64,000 nt of DNA from Ranitomeya imitator (lineage: Eukaryota): positions 134,726,001 to 134,790,000 of the forward strand of contig NC_091291.1 of NCBI RefSeq assembly GCF_032444005.1, in the 5' to 3' direction. Below are positions 36,331 to 48,417 of this stretch, piece after piece (the stretch's first letter is position 1; the number at the start of each line of letters is the position of its first letter). Position numbers and translations under genes: made by a program. Below the pieces are notes generated by a model. That model had not been told where the DNA came from. It searched no databases and saw only the letters and a list, made by a program, of their open reading frames with translations.

Positions 36331-36396
<66 letters not shown>

Positions 36397-36400
36397 CATA
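36329..36400. repeat. (TG)n(TA)n microsatellite
   Basis: Directly visible dinucleotide run between two Tc1-type elements. Confidence 0.95.
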
Positions 36401-36402
36401 CA

Positions 36403-39125
36403 CACTGTGTGCAGAATTATTAGACAAGTTGTATTTTAGAGGATTATTTTTTATATTGATGAACAACTATGTTCTCAATCAACCCAAAAGACTCATAAAT
36501 ACCAAAGCTTAATGTTTTTGGAAGTTAGAGTGGGGTTTTTTAGATTTGGCTATCTTAGGAGGATATCTGTTTGTGCAGGTAACCATTACTGTGCAGAATT
36601 ATTAGGCAACTTAATAAAAACCAAATATATTCCCATCTCACTTGCAAATATATTCCCATCTCACTTGTTTATTTTCACCAGGTAACCCAATATAACTGCA
36701 CAAAATTTAGAAATAAACATTTCTGACATGCAAAAATAAAACACCAAAAAATGAGTGACCAATATAGCTGTGGCGCACCAGGGTCCTGGTCGTCACAGTG
36801 TTGTCACTTTCCTCACGGGGAGAGTGTTGTTACGTTTGGAGGCAAGAAAGGATAACTGTCACCAGGTACCACAAGCATGCAACATATTCACATTCCAGGC
36901 CACCAGGGGGAGCTTTTGATATTGTTTACTAGTTTACTCCCCATATATATATATAACTGGTAGTCTGTAGGGAAAGTTAGTGAGTTCCAGACAGCTGTCT
37001 GAGGAGGATAGAGGGTTCACGGAGCTGTGCATGCCCTAAGAGCTGCAGCTCCCGGGAAAGAGACACATAGAAAGCCGAATACCTTGCAGTGAGCATGCAG
37101 GAAAGCAAAGCACGGGAGAGGATACCAGAAGGGGACCAGCCCCGAGCAGGCTGCCTCCTTCTGAGGCGCAGAGAGCCGGTAGCCGGAACACCGAGGTAGT
37201 AAGGACCTCTACGCCTTACTTCAGAGACCGGCAGGACAGCTAATTGCACGTTACCTGTCATGCACCTACACCCAGGAGGCACGGTGACACCCCACAGAGC
37301 CGGGTTATCTAAGAGACCCTATAAACAGGCTCAAGTCACCAGTCATACGGGTTTTGTCCTATCCTATACGGGGGACAGAGAGAGAGACACCACATCTGTG
37401 AGGACCTTATGAGAAGCTTAGCAGTAAGGGACTATACCACTACAGTACAAGGTAAGGCTATTGATTTCCACCTGGACAAGGGGACTCTGGACTTGCCTCC
37501 AAACTGGCCCGTACTCTACCTGCCCTGGGATCCAGTGCCCTGGACTGTGGCTGCTTAAGATTTCAGTAAACGAGGTAAAGAGACTGCAAACCTGTGTCCT
37601 CGTTCCTTACTGCACCTCTCACCATTCTATCATCTACACACCGGGAAGCCCTGGGGACATACTTCACCTGTGGGAAGGTATACCATCTAGCTGCCATAAC
37701 ATCACCCCAGCGGACCCCTTAAAGCAGCGTCGGTCACCCTGACTGAACACCACAGGTGGCGTCACAAACATAAACTTTATCCCTTTAAAGATCTTTGCCT
37801 TTTACATGGGTGCCCAGGGCACCGGACTGGGTCGCAGCCACCGTGACATCCCCCTGTGAACCAGCTGGACCTTGTACCGAGTACCCCACGGCCCTGGTGG
37901 GCAACTCATAGCCACCTTTCTTTATGATGACCCTCAGCAGCCTCCATCCATAGATTCTGTCAGTTGCTTGATCTCTTTACGACCAACATTGCGTGCAGCA
38001 GCCACCACAGCCTCCAGACACTGTTCCGAGAGGTGGACTGTTTTCCCTCCCTGTAGATCTCACATTTTATGAGGGACCACAGGTTCTCTATGGGGTTCAG
38101 ATCAGGTGAACAAGGGGGCCATGTCATTTTTTTTTCTTATTTGAGACCTTTACTGGCCAGCCAAGCTGTGGAGTAGTTGGAGGCATATGATGGCGCATTG
38201 TCCGGATTGAAAATCATGTTTTTATTGGACGATACCGACTTCTTCCTATACCACTGCTTGAAGAAGTTGTCTTCCAGAAACTGGCAGTAGGTCTGGGAGT
38301 TGAGCTTCACTCCATCCTCAACCCGAAAAGGTCCCACAAGTTCATCTTTGATGATACCAGCCCATACCAGTACCTCACCTCCACCTTGCTGGCGTCTGAG
38401 TCGGAGGGGAGCCCTCTGCCCTTTACTGATCCAGCCTCTGGCCCATCCATGTGGCCCATCAAGAGTCACTCTCATTTGATCAGTCCATAAAACCTTTGGA
38501 AAGTCAGTCTTAAGATATTTCTTGGCCCAGTCTTGACGTTTTATCTTATGTTTCTTGTTCAGAGGTGGTCGTTTTTCAGCCTTCCTTACCTTCGCCATGT
38601 CCCTGAGTATCGCACAACTTGTGCTTTTTGTTACTCCAGTAACGTTGCAGCTCTGAAATATGGCAAAACTGGTGGTAAATGGCATCTTGGCAGCTTCACG
38701 CTTGATTCTCCTCAATTCATGGGCAGTTATTTTGCGCCTTTTTTGCCCAACACGCTTCTTGCAACCATATTGGCTATTTGCCATGAAACGCTTGATTGTT
38801 CGGTGATCACGCTTCAAAATTTGGCAATTGCAAGACTGCTGCATCCCTCTGCAAGACATCTCACAATTGTGGACATTTCAGAGCCGTCAAATCTCTCTTC
38901 TGACCCATTTTGCCAAAGGAAAGGAAGTTGCCTAATAATTAAGCACACCTTATATAGGGTTTTGGTGTCATTAGACAACACCCCTCCTCATTACAGAGAT
39001 GCACATCACCTGATTTACTTAATTGGTAGTTGGCTCTCAAGCCTGAACAGCTTGGAGTAGGACAACATGTATAAGAAGTATCATGTGAACAAAATACAAC
39101 TTGCCTAATAATTCTGCACGCAGTG
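36403..39125 (-). mobile_element. Tc1/mariner DD37E (TRT-like) element, decayed, with nested solo LTR
   Basis: TIRs cactgtgtgcagaattattagacaagttgtatttt / aaaatacaacttgcctaataattctgcacgcagtg|TA. ORF 38137..38859 plus in-frame continuation past a TAA gives DNAPSY...37 aa...PIENLW. Confidence 0.85.
36769..37908. mobile_element. Solo LTR (1140 bp) with 4-bp TSD
   Basis: TAGC|TGTGGCGC...GCAACTCA|TAGC; removing it restores the host Tc1 sequence gaccaatatagccacctttc. Confidence 0.8.
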
Positions 39126-39184
39126 TAGTGAATGGATCTCTTGGGGGTTTCATCTGTCATGTCACTTGGAGATTTAGATGGAAA

Positions 39185-41660
39185 CTCTGATGTAAGGGCT
39201 TAGCGTGGAGCCCCGGATAAATGTGATCCCAAATGTTATGTAAATTGTTCCTAACAAAAGCTTCAACTCAATCCGCAAAAAACAAGTCCTCACTCAAATC
39301 CATCATCTGTTAACGGAAATATAGGGACCTTTCACGTTACTGGTAATACAAAGGATCTGGAAAAGCAAATTGGCTCCTCGCCCCCCAAAAGAAATTCAGA
39401 AAATTCTGCACTCCCAAAAACAAATGCCCCTATCCCTTCTGAGCCCCAGTGTGTCTAAACCACTTATAGTGTCCACAAGTTTGGCATTTCTGTAGCGATG
39501 AGAGGCCACCTAATTTACAGGTGCATGTCTCCAGAAGGATGAGCGGGGCATGATGTGCTGGTCACTACAACGTACTGGTCACTACAATGGCAGTTTGCAA
39601 TTTTCATTCAGCAACATCCACTGCTGCTTGCTTCTGCAAAACAGCCATGGAGTCAAAATCGTCACTACACCAGTAGATAAATTCCAAATGGGGTATAATT
39701 TCTAAAATGGGGTCACTTGAGGGAGATTCTACCCTTCTAAAACTTAGGGGCTCTGTATATGGAGTCCACAAACTATTCTAGAAAAATCTGCGCTACAGGA
39801 GGAAAATAGAGCTTTGTCCCTCCAGTTTCAACATGTAGCTAAGCAGTACTGTACAGCCATACATGGGGTATTTTTACATTCAGCAGTAATTGTAGGACAA
39901 ATTTTGGTGCCATTTTTACCCATTTCCCAGTGTGCAAATGTAAAATCTCAGGCTAAAACAACATTTTGGTGGTAACAGTGCAATTATTTTTTCTTCATTG
40001 CCCAATGATATAAAATCCTGTGGCACACGTTTGGTGTCAATATGATCACTGCACCCGTAGATGAATTCATTGAGAGGTGTAGTTGGAAAAATAGGGTCTC
40101 ATATGGGGGGAGGGGTTCGGCTTTTCTGGCACCTCAAGGGTTCTGCCAATGTGACATGGCACCCTCAAACCAGTCCAGTAAAATCTGAGCTCCAATATGG
40201 CGCCTCTTCCCTTCTGAGCTTTGCACTGTGCCTCAAAAGTAGTTTTCAACCATATGTGAGGTATCTGTGAACTCAGGAGAAATTGCCCAATACATTTTGG
40301 TGGTCCATTTTCTCCTGCTATCCTTGCAAAAATGAAAAAAAATTGGGGCTAAATCACCATTTTTGTGGGAAAAATATATATTTTTTTATTTTTACAGATC
40401 AATGTTGTAAAATTCTTTGAAGCACCTGTGAGTTCAAGGTGCTTACCACACATCTAGATAAATTCCTTTGAGAGGGTCTAGTTTCCAAAATGGGAACACT
40501 TGTGGGGGGTTTCCACTGATTAGGCACATCAGGAGCTCTCCAAATGAGACATGACACCTGCAGAACAGTCCATCATAATCTGCATTGCAAAACGTCACTT
40601 CCTCCTTTCTGAACCCTGCCGTGCGCGCAAACAGTAGTTTTCCTCCACATATTTGGTATCGGTGTACTCAGGAGAAATTGTACAACAAATTATATGGTGC
40701 AATTTCTCCTGTTACCCTTGTGAAAATAAAAAAATTGGGGCTAAATGAACATTTTCATGGGAAAAAATGTGGTTTTCACCGCTCAACATTATAACCTTCT
40801 GTGAAGCACCTGATGGTTCAAGGTGCTCACCACACATCTACATAAGTCCCTTGAAGGGTCTAATTTCCAAAATGGGGTCAATTGTGTGGGGTTTCAACTG
40901 TTAAGCATATCAAGGGCTCTCCAAACACAACATGGCGTCCACTAATGACTCCAGCAAATTTTGCATTAAAAAAATCAAATAGTGCTCCTTCCCTTCCGAG
41001 CCATGCCGTGCGCCCAAAGAGTAGTTTCCCCCCACATATGGGGTATCGGCATGCTCAGGAGAAATTGCAAAATAAATTTTGGGGTCCATTTTCTCCTGTT
41101 ACCCTTGTGAATGTAAAAAAAAATGGGTCTAAATTTACAGTTTTGTGAAAAAAAGTTAAATGTTCATTTTTTCATTCCACATTGCAATAATTCCTGTAAA
41201 CATTTTGCATGTGCTTTTGAGCACTTTGAGGGGTGCAGTTTTTAGAATGATGTACATTTTGGGTATTTTTTTTGTCATATATACCCCTCAAAGTCATTTC
41301 AAATGTGATGTGGTTCCTAAACAAAGTGCTGTTGTAAATTGTGTTGTAAAAATGAGAAATCGCTGGTCAATGTTTAACCTTTATAAATTCCTAAGAAAAA
41401 AAATTATGATTCAAAAATTGTGCTGATGTAAAGAAGACATTTGGGAAATGTTATTTATTAACTATTTTGTGTGATATGACTCTCTGATTTAAGGGCATAA
41501 AAATTAAAAGTATGAAAATTTAAACATTTTCAAAACTTTTGCCAAATGTCCGATATTTTCACAAATAAACGCAATTCGTATCAAAGACATTTTACCACTA
41601 TCATGAAGTACCATATGTCATGAGAAAACATACTCAGAATCAGTGGGATCCATTGAAGCT
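39185..41660. repeat. Internal fragment of a non-autonomous DNA element with ~390-bp diverged tandem units
   Basis: Recurring aaatggggtca..tgtgggg...ccccacatatggggtatc...caggagaaattg units at ~39706, 40090, 40488 and 40870; shares aaaaaacaagtcctcac motif with 5336-6620. Boundaries approximate. Confidence 0.55.
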
Positions 41661-42232
41661 CTATCTACAGCATCTAGGTATCACATATTATTGCCAGTGC
41701 CGTACTGCCACCCAGTGGCAACATATAAGTATTTGTTTTTTCTTCCGTTCCTTTCAAGAGCCATAACTTTTTTTTTAAGAACATAGCATAGGGAGGGTAT
41801 TGCTTTTTTTGTTTTACAGGGCAAGTTGTTGTTTTGAATTCACTTTGCTACTTACTATGCTGACAAAACTAAAAAAAATTCCATTTGTGGAAAAAATAAA
41901 TAAATCTGCGATTGTGTTTTGGGTTTAATTTTTCAATGTTCATTCTGAGGGAAAAATGACTTCACTGCAAGATTATACTGGTCAGTGTGATTACTGCAAT
42001 GCTTAATTCTGAGGCTTTTTTAATTTACCGTATTTTATTTTAGTAGTTAAAAAATTATGAAGTTTGAAAAAAAAAACATTTTGGGCTACATATGAAGTTT
42101 TTATTGCATCTTTTAGAGGGTAATGTGGTGATTGAAAAATGGCAATTCTGGCTTTTCAATGTTTGTTTTCTTTTCAGTGCTTACTGTACTGTTTAAATGG
42201 TTTTATATAAAGTGGTCAGAATGTGTAATATA

Positions 42233-43835
42233 CAGTGGGGCAAAAAAGTATTTAGTCAGTCAGCAATAGTGCAAGTTCCACCACTTAAAAAGATGAGAGG
42301 CGTCTGTAATTTACATCATAGGTAGACCTCAACTATGGGAGACAAACTGAGAAAAAAAAATCCAGAAAATCACATTGTCTGTTTTTTTTACATTTTATTT
42401 GCATATTATGGTGGAAAATAAGTATTTGGTCAGAAACAAAATTTCATCTCAATACTTTGTAATATATCCTTTGTTGGCAATGACAGAGGTCAAACGTTTT
42501 CTGTAAGTCTTCACAAGGTTGCCACACACTGTTGTTGGTATGTTGGCCCATTCCTCCATGCAGATCTCCTCTTGAGCAGTGATGTTTTTGGCTTTTCGCT
42601 TGGCAACACGGGCTTTCAACTCCCTCCAAAGGTTTTCTATAGGGTTGAGATCTGGAGACTGGCTAGGCCACTCCAGGACCTTGAAATACTTCTTACGAAG
42701 CCACTCCTTCGTTGCCCTGGCGGTGTGCTTTGGATCATTGTCATGTTGAAAGACCCAGCCACGTTTCATCTTCAATGCCCTTGCTGATGGAAGGAGGTTT
42801 GCACTCAAAATCTCACGATACATGGCCCCATTCATTCTTTCATGTACCCGGATCAGTCGTCCTGGCCCCTTTGCAGAGAAACAGCCCCAAAGCATGATGT
42901 TTCCACCACCATGCTTTACAGTAGGTATGGTGTTTGATGGATGCAACTCAGCATTCTTTTTCCTCCAAACACGACAAGTTGTGTTTCTACCAAACAGTTC
43001 CAGTTTGGTTTCATCAGACCATAGGACATTCTCCCAAAACTCCTCTGGATCATCCAAATGCTCTCTAGCAAACTTCAGACGGGCCCGGACATGTACTGGC
43101 TTAAGCAGTGGGACACGTCTGGCACTGCAGGATCTGAGTCCATGGTGGCGTAGTGTGTTACTTATGGTAGGCCTTGTTACATTGGTCCCAGCTCTCTGCA
43201 GTTCATTCACTAGGTCCCCCCGCGTGGTTCTGGGATTTTTGCTCACCGTTCTTGTGATCATTCTGACCCCACGGGGTGGGATTTTGCGTGGAGCCCCAGA
43301 TCGAGGGAGATTATCAGTGGTCTTGTATGTCTTCCATTTTCTAATTATTGCTCCCACTGTTGATTTCTTCACTCCAAGCTGGCTGGCTATTGCAGATTCA
43401 GTCTTCCCAGCCTGGTGCAGGGCTACAATTTTGTTTCTGGTGTCCTTTGACAGCTCTTTGGTCTTCACCATAGTGGAGTTTGGAGTCAGACTGTTTGAGG
43501 GTGTGCACAGGTGTCTTTTTATACTGATAACAAGTTTAAACAGGTGCCATTACTACAGGTAATGAGTGGAGGAAAGAGGAGACTCTTAAAGAAGAAGTTA
43601 CAGGTCTGTGAGAGCCAGAAATCGTGATTGTTTGTTTCTGACCAAATACTTATTTTCCACCATAATATGCAAATAAAATGATAAAAAAACAGACAATGTG
43701 ATTTTCTGGATTTTTTTTTCTCAGTTTGTCTCCCATAGTTGAGGTCTACCTATGATGTAAATTACAGACGCCTCTCATCTTTTTAAGTGGTGGAACTTGC
43801 ACTATTGCTGACTGACTAAATACTTTTTTGCCCCA

Positions 43836-43838
<3 letters not shown>
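42233..43838 (-). mobile_element. Full-length Tc1 (DD34E, ZB/Tdr2-like) transposon with intact transposase
   Basis: TA|CAGTGGGGCAAAAAAG...CTTTTTTGCCCCACTG|TA; ~208-bp near-identical TIRs with internal direct repeats; intact 340-aa ORF 42449..43471. Confidence 0.95.
42449..43471 (-). CDS. Tc1 DD34E transposase, 340 aa
   Basis: LPRSGAPRK linker, [16 protein letters not shown] and, 34 residues later, PIENLW; no stops. Confidence 0.93.
   Translation of the reverse strand: MVKTKELSKDTRNKIVALHQAGKTESAIASQLGVKKSTVGAIIRKWKTYKTTDNLPRSGAPRKIPPRGVRMITRTVSKNPRTTRGDLVNELQRAGTNVTRPTISNTLRHHGLRSCSARRVPLLKPVHVRARLKFAREHLDDPEEFWENVLWSDETKLELFGRNTTCRVWRKKNAELHPSNTIPTVKHGGGNIMLWGCFSAKGPGRLIRVHERMNGAMYREILSANLLPSARALKMKRGWVFQHDNDPKHTARATKEWLRKKYFKVLEWPSQSPDLNPIENLWRELKARVAKRKAKNITAQEEICMEEWANIPTTVCGNLVKTYRKRLTSVIANKGYITKY

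Positions 43839-43871
<33 letters not shown>
43839..43871. repeat. (TA)n microsatellite
   Basis: Directly visible, between the Tc1 right TIR and an LTR. Confidence 0.95.
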
Positions 43872-43875
<4 letters not shown>

Positions 43876-45385
43876 GCAGAGTTACTGGTGAAGTGGTAAA
43901 GTGATGGAGGGGAGATACGTGTCATTGTGCATGATGGCGTCAGTGATACAAAACCAGAGTAGTTTCCTCCAGCACACTGTTGAGAGTATGAATGAGAATT
44001 ATGTTATGGGCTGGTTCTAGTAGACCTTCATACAGCGGGTGGGAGGGGGTCCACCATATCTCCCCATGCACAGCCCTTACAGGACCTGTGTAATGTCAAG
44101 ATCATGTGATCAGTCACATGATGTAGAGTCACATGGTCTGGCCATAAATAGCTGAACTCCAGGGTTAGTCTGGGCTGTTGAGGGCCTGGAGAGGAATACT
44201 CCAGGAGAGTGTTTATGCAAATAGTGCTTGTGCAAGGACATTGTTAACCCTGAGTGGGCTGACCCGCACTGGTGCAACGACTGCACGAAGGGCTATGTTG
44301 TGTTTTTTTTTCTGTTTTTTGCCCAGAGGGCCATGTTTATTTTTGTGCTTAAAACTTTTGCTTAAAACTTTGGTTTATGCTTTACTAAATAAACAACAAG
44401 TGCATCATTAAAAGCGCAGTGTTGCATTTACTACCTCCGTGTGCAGCCGAGTGAGCCGATCTACCACATGTGATGTGCGGGCAGCGTTTCCAGTGAACAC
44501 GTGTGATTGCCATAAGCCAGCGGACTAAGTCAGGCAAGATGGAGGACCTGCTCAAACATCTACTACAAGCACAGCCGCAACAGCAGCTACAACAGCAGAT
44601 GCATCAGCAGCATCAGCAACACCAGCAGCATATTGACTGGATTACAGCACCTCCCCCAAGTCCAGGTGAAGACACGTACGTCCGGAAAATGGTAAGAGGA
44701 GCCATGCAAAAAATTACCCCGGGTGATGATGTGAGTGTATTTTTGACTGTGTTCGAGTGGGTAGCAGAGCGTGAGAAGCTACTGCCAGAGCAGTGGGCAG
44801 AGGTGCTAGCCTCCTATTTGACTGGTAAGCCCCAGAAGGCCTATTATGAATTGGCATTATAGGATGCGCAGGAGTATGCCAAGTTGAAGACTGGAATTTT
44901 GGCACGCGCAGGAGTGACTGTCGGTCAGAGCACAACGGGTTCATCACTGGGCATATTATGGGGACAAACCGCCTCGGTCTCAAATGTTTGAACTACTGCA
45001 TCTGGTGCAAAAATGGCTGATGAACTGGTAGGCCTAGTGGAACAGTTCCAGGTGGTTGAGAGGTCCCTAAGAAAGATGGGGGGGGGGGGTGATGCATCCT
45101 CATTTTGGGGTACTCAATGACAAACTGAGCCTCAAAAGAGGGGTAGTAAAGCCACCACTGTGGGGAGTCCTAGATCCCAAGGGGTCACTGAGGAGTCGTC
45201 AAAGGCCACGAGTAAAGACTTGCTTTGCTGGAGATGTCGCGGTCCTGGTTATATAGCCGCCCGTTGTGCCTTGTCCTCCGAAGAAATGGACTGTAGCCTA
45301 GGGAGGCACTGCGCCTACTATGCCAACCCTGCCTACAGCATAGACTATCAGCCTGGTGAGGGGCCGCAGGCATGTCCCGTGCTGA
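43872..45385 (+). mobile_element. Gmr1-like Gypsy remnant: 5' LTR (~43872-44468) plus decayed gag with SCAN-like region and zinc knuckle
   Basis: LTR ends (t>a)gtggcag...ctaccaca; gag MQKITPGDDVSVFLTVFEWVAEREKLLPEQWAEVLASYLTGKPQKAYY; degenerate knuckle CWRCRGPGYIAARC; stops and frameshifts. Confidence 0.8.
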
Positions 45386-45399
45386 CGTTTCTTATAACG

Positions 45400-45800
45400 A
45401 TATTGAAGTTGAGGTTTCTCCATCTTTTTTTAGGCCACCATTCCAGACTTGTGTAATGTGTTTCGCACGGTGCTTACATCGCTGTCTGTGATCTCACTAT
45501 TATGAAGCATACAAGCCTCCTCCACTGCTGTGTTTGTCGCACCGGAACTGATAGACCTTGTGATGAGCCGACTTGTTGACTTGATATTTTACCTGGACGT
45601 CCGTCCACCTTTTGGCTTCATTTCGTAGTCTTCCACCTGTCATGGCGCTCACATGATGCAGTTTGGCAATTTTCTTGGCCGAGAGACCGCATTGATGAGC
45701 TGGATGCTGCTGCTTCTCTTTTCTTGGGAAATTGTTATCATGGCTGCACCTCGATTCGAACCAATTACCTTTCTCTTGGGAATCAACCTAATAACACACG
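45400..45800 (-). mobile_element. Degenerate Tc1 N-terminal remnant
   Basis: Frameshifted GLSAKKIAKLHHVSAMT...KPKGGR...STVRNTLHKSGMV. Confidence 0.6.
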
Positions 45801-46355
45801 GAGCTATTAGGAAATGTGAGAACAGGCGGGAAAACAGTAACAATGCAGTGACATGACAAGAACCTGCATAACTAATCAAATGCAAAATTCTCGTGTGAAC
45901 GATGGAGGATCGAAACAAGAACAATTGTAAATCCGTACATGAGGACAACAACGCATCTACTGCCAGATTATATTTATTCTGTTTCTAGATAATAGACATT
46001 CGTCACAAAAACTTAAATATTATCGTGACACCAATATGAAATGTTCTCTACCCACCTTCTGCCGGGAGGAATAGATTAACATTTACCATGATTCCAGGTC
46101 ATCGATGTATCATTTCTGCACATAGATTGAATTTATGATTTAGCGCACGATATGTAATCGGAGGGGGGTAAAGAACATTCTCCTGTATCATAATGTCCCA
46201 AATTCTTACAGAGAAACCGATATCTTTTAGTTAAGTATTTCCCATTGTATCTATGATGGGATAGTCAGTGACAATGAAATACATACCGCTCTCCGCCCCG
46301 GGCCGTAGCCAGAAATTCACTCCTTTCCCAAAATATCACTTTCCCAGCCTGTTAG

Positions 46356-46413
46356 TATAAATGGTCCTGACGGCCAATTGTCCTACCGTATATTCACCAT
46401 AGATCCTCTGCAG
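46356..46413 (+). promoter_or_regulatory. Putative TATA box and non-coding exon 1 of ZP gene B
   Basis: TATAAA 46356-46361; donor CTGCAG|GTAAGA at 46413/46414; acceptor TTGCAG| at 48318 precedes the ATG at 48324. Confidence 0.5.
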
Positions 46414-47511
46414 GTAAGACTGTGTTACTTACTTTGTAGGAGAATATGTGGACTCAGGACCAAACTCCACAAGGGGCATTTTTTTATCAAATATTTGCAT
46501 CCTCAGCAGCAAATTCTAAATTGTCATTGCATTACGTTATTGTATTACTACATTGCATTGTTTTTTTTATTTATTTTTTGACTTTTTGAAAGTTGTAAAT
46601 TAAAATGCTTTTATGTAAGGTTGCTAAACACTGTGACACACTTGCATTTCTGAATACTTTTTCCTGAGCTGCGGCTTTGAAAACAAACAAAAAAAAATTC
46701 CACAGCGCAAAAAATTTCAAATCCTTTCACTATAATTTAATAAACTATTTTAAAAAATGTTTAGTAAGCAGGAATTTTATATCCCATTCTCAAACAAATA
46801 GCCCGTTGGAGTAAGATGCACCAAACTTTATTAAGAGGTAAAATTTAAAAAAAATTCTGTGAACAAGAACTTTATTGATGAACTGGAGTAGATTTTGCAA
46901 CAGCTTTTTTCATATACTTTATGGTAAATATTTTGCATGATGATGATTGAACCAGCACTCTTTTGCTAAAGCCCTACTTGCTTGAAGAAAAAGTAGCAGG
47001 AAACATAAAAAATGGCAAAAAAAGTGGCAACATTTTTGTACAATTTAAATTCTCATCATCACAAAAGGGTAAAATTGCAAAAGGTTGGTAAAAACAAGTA
47101 ACTTAGAAATTTGCCTCTTATTTAAGATCCTCTCAGTTCTTACAAATGTTTAACCCCACAGTTTAACTTCTCCACTGCTGCAGTCAGAGATGGCCTCCGT
47201 ACACGCTGTTTGCTATAAAGTTTGCAAGTGCGGTTCTGAAGGTGGCCGGATTGATGCGTCCGGCCAACTTTAGTACCCTTGCATCCCTCTGATGCTGCAG
47301 AGGCAAAGCTGCCTTTGCTTGCAAGCATGGGAGAACACAAGGTAAGGGACTCTCATTTATGTTAATCATTCAGGAGCGCATTGCCACCAGCAATCAGAAA
47401 TCCAAGAAGCAAAGGAACGGTGCGCTCCTGATCAGCCATTATGACAGCAATCCTTAAAAGAGGTTTCCCAGTAACAAAATTTACGATCCATTCAATTACT
47501 TGATTGAGGAA

Positions 47512-47819
47512 TAATGATGAGCGAATGTGCTCAGGTAACATCTTATCTGAGCACGCTTGGGTGTTATCCGAGCATCTTGTAGTGCTCGTATATTATGTTC
47601 GAGTCCCTGCGGCTGCATGATTTGCAGCTGTTAGACAGCCTGGACACATGTGGGAATTCCCTAACAAACAGGCAATCAACACGTGTTGAGGCTGTCGAAC
47701 AGCCGCGAATCATGCTACCACAGGGACTCGAACATAATATACAAGCATGCCCCAGTTGCTCTGATAACACCCGAGCATGCATGGATAATACATTATCCGA
47801 GCACGTTCCCTCATCACTA
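47512..47819. mobile_element. hAT-type MITE with 8-bp TSD
   Basis: ttgaggaa|taatgatgagcgaatgtgctc...gagcacgttccctcatcacta|ctgaggaa (7/8 TSD match). Confidence 0.7.
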
Positions 47820-48323
47820 CTGAGGAACTCACAAGTCTCACCCTCCTCCTGACCAGCTCATTTATGATCAAAATGTGCTTTTTAGATTAGTTAGCGAAAT
47901 GAATGCTGACATTCACACATCACTGGTGGGAAGGAATTCAGGCCCCACACTAGTGATCGGTAGTCCCCTCATCATCTAACATCTACCACCTATCAGTTGT
48001 TGCATCACTCTTGTGTATACCGGATTAAAAAATGCTGTTTGCAACATTATTTCTTGGGCCGACTGATGTATCAATAGTCAGGATCGATTTCACTACCATC
48101 TTGAAGAAGAAAAATAATTGGTGGCTGGATACATGAAAGTGAAGCCTAAGTCAGCTAGTGTTCCACCATTGACTCTACCTTTCCGTTGACATTTTTGCCA
48201 CCTCCTTTTCTTTTATGTTGATATACAGTATTTGTGTTCTTCTTTGACGTCAGAACCTCATAGAATAGTCTGTACCAAGTTCACTATTCTCATAATATTG
48301 GGTTTTCTTTTCTTGCAGGCACA

Positions 48324-48417
48324 ATGATTACACTTGTGGTTCTTCTACTTGGTTTAGCCGGGAAAGAATGTCTTGGAAACTACTTAAACTGCTCATCCCT
48401 TTATGCTCGATATCCAG
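48324..48417 (+). CDS. ZP gene B exon: signal peptide
   Basis: MITLVVLLLGLAGKECLGNYLNCSSLYARYP; CCA G|GTTAG. Confidence 0.88.
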
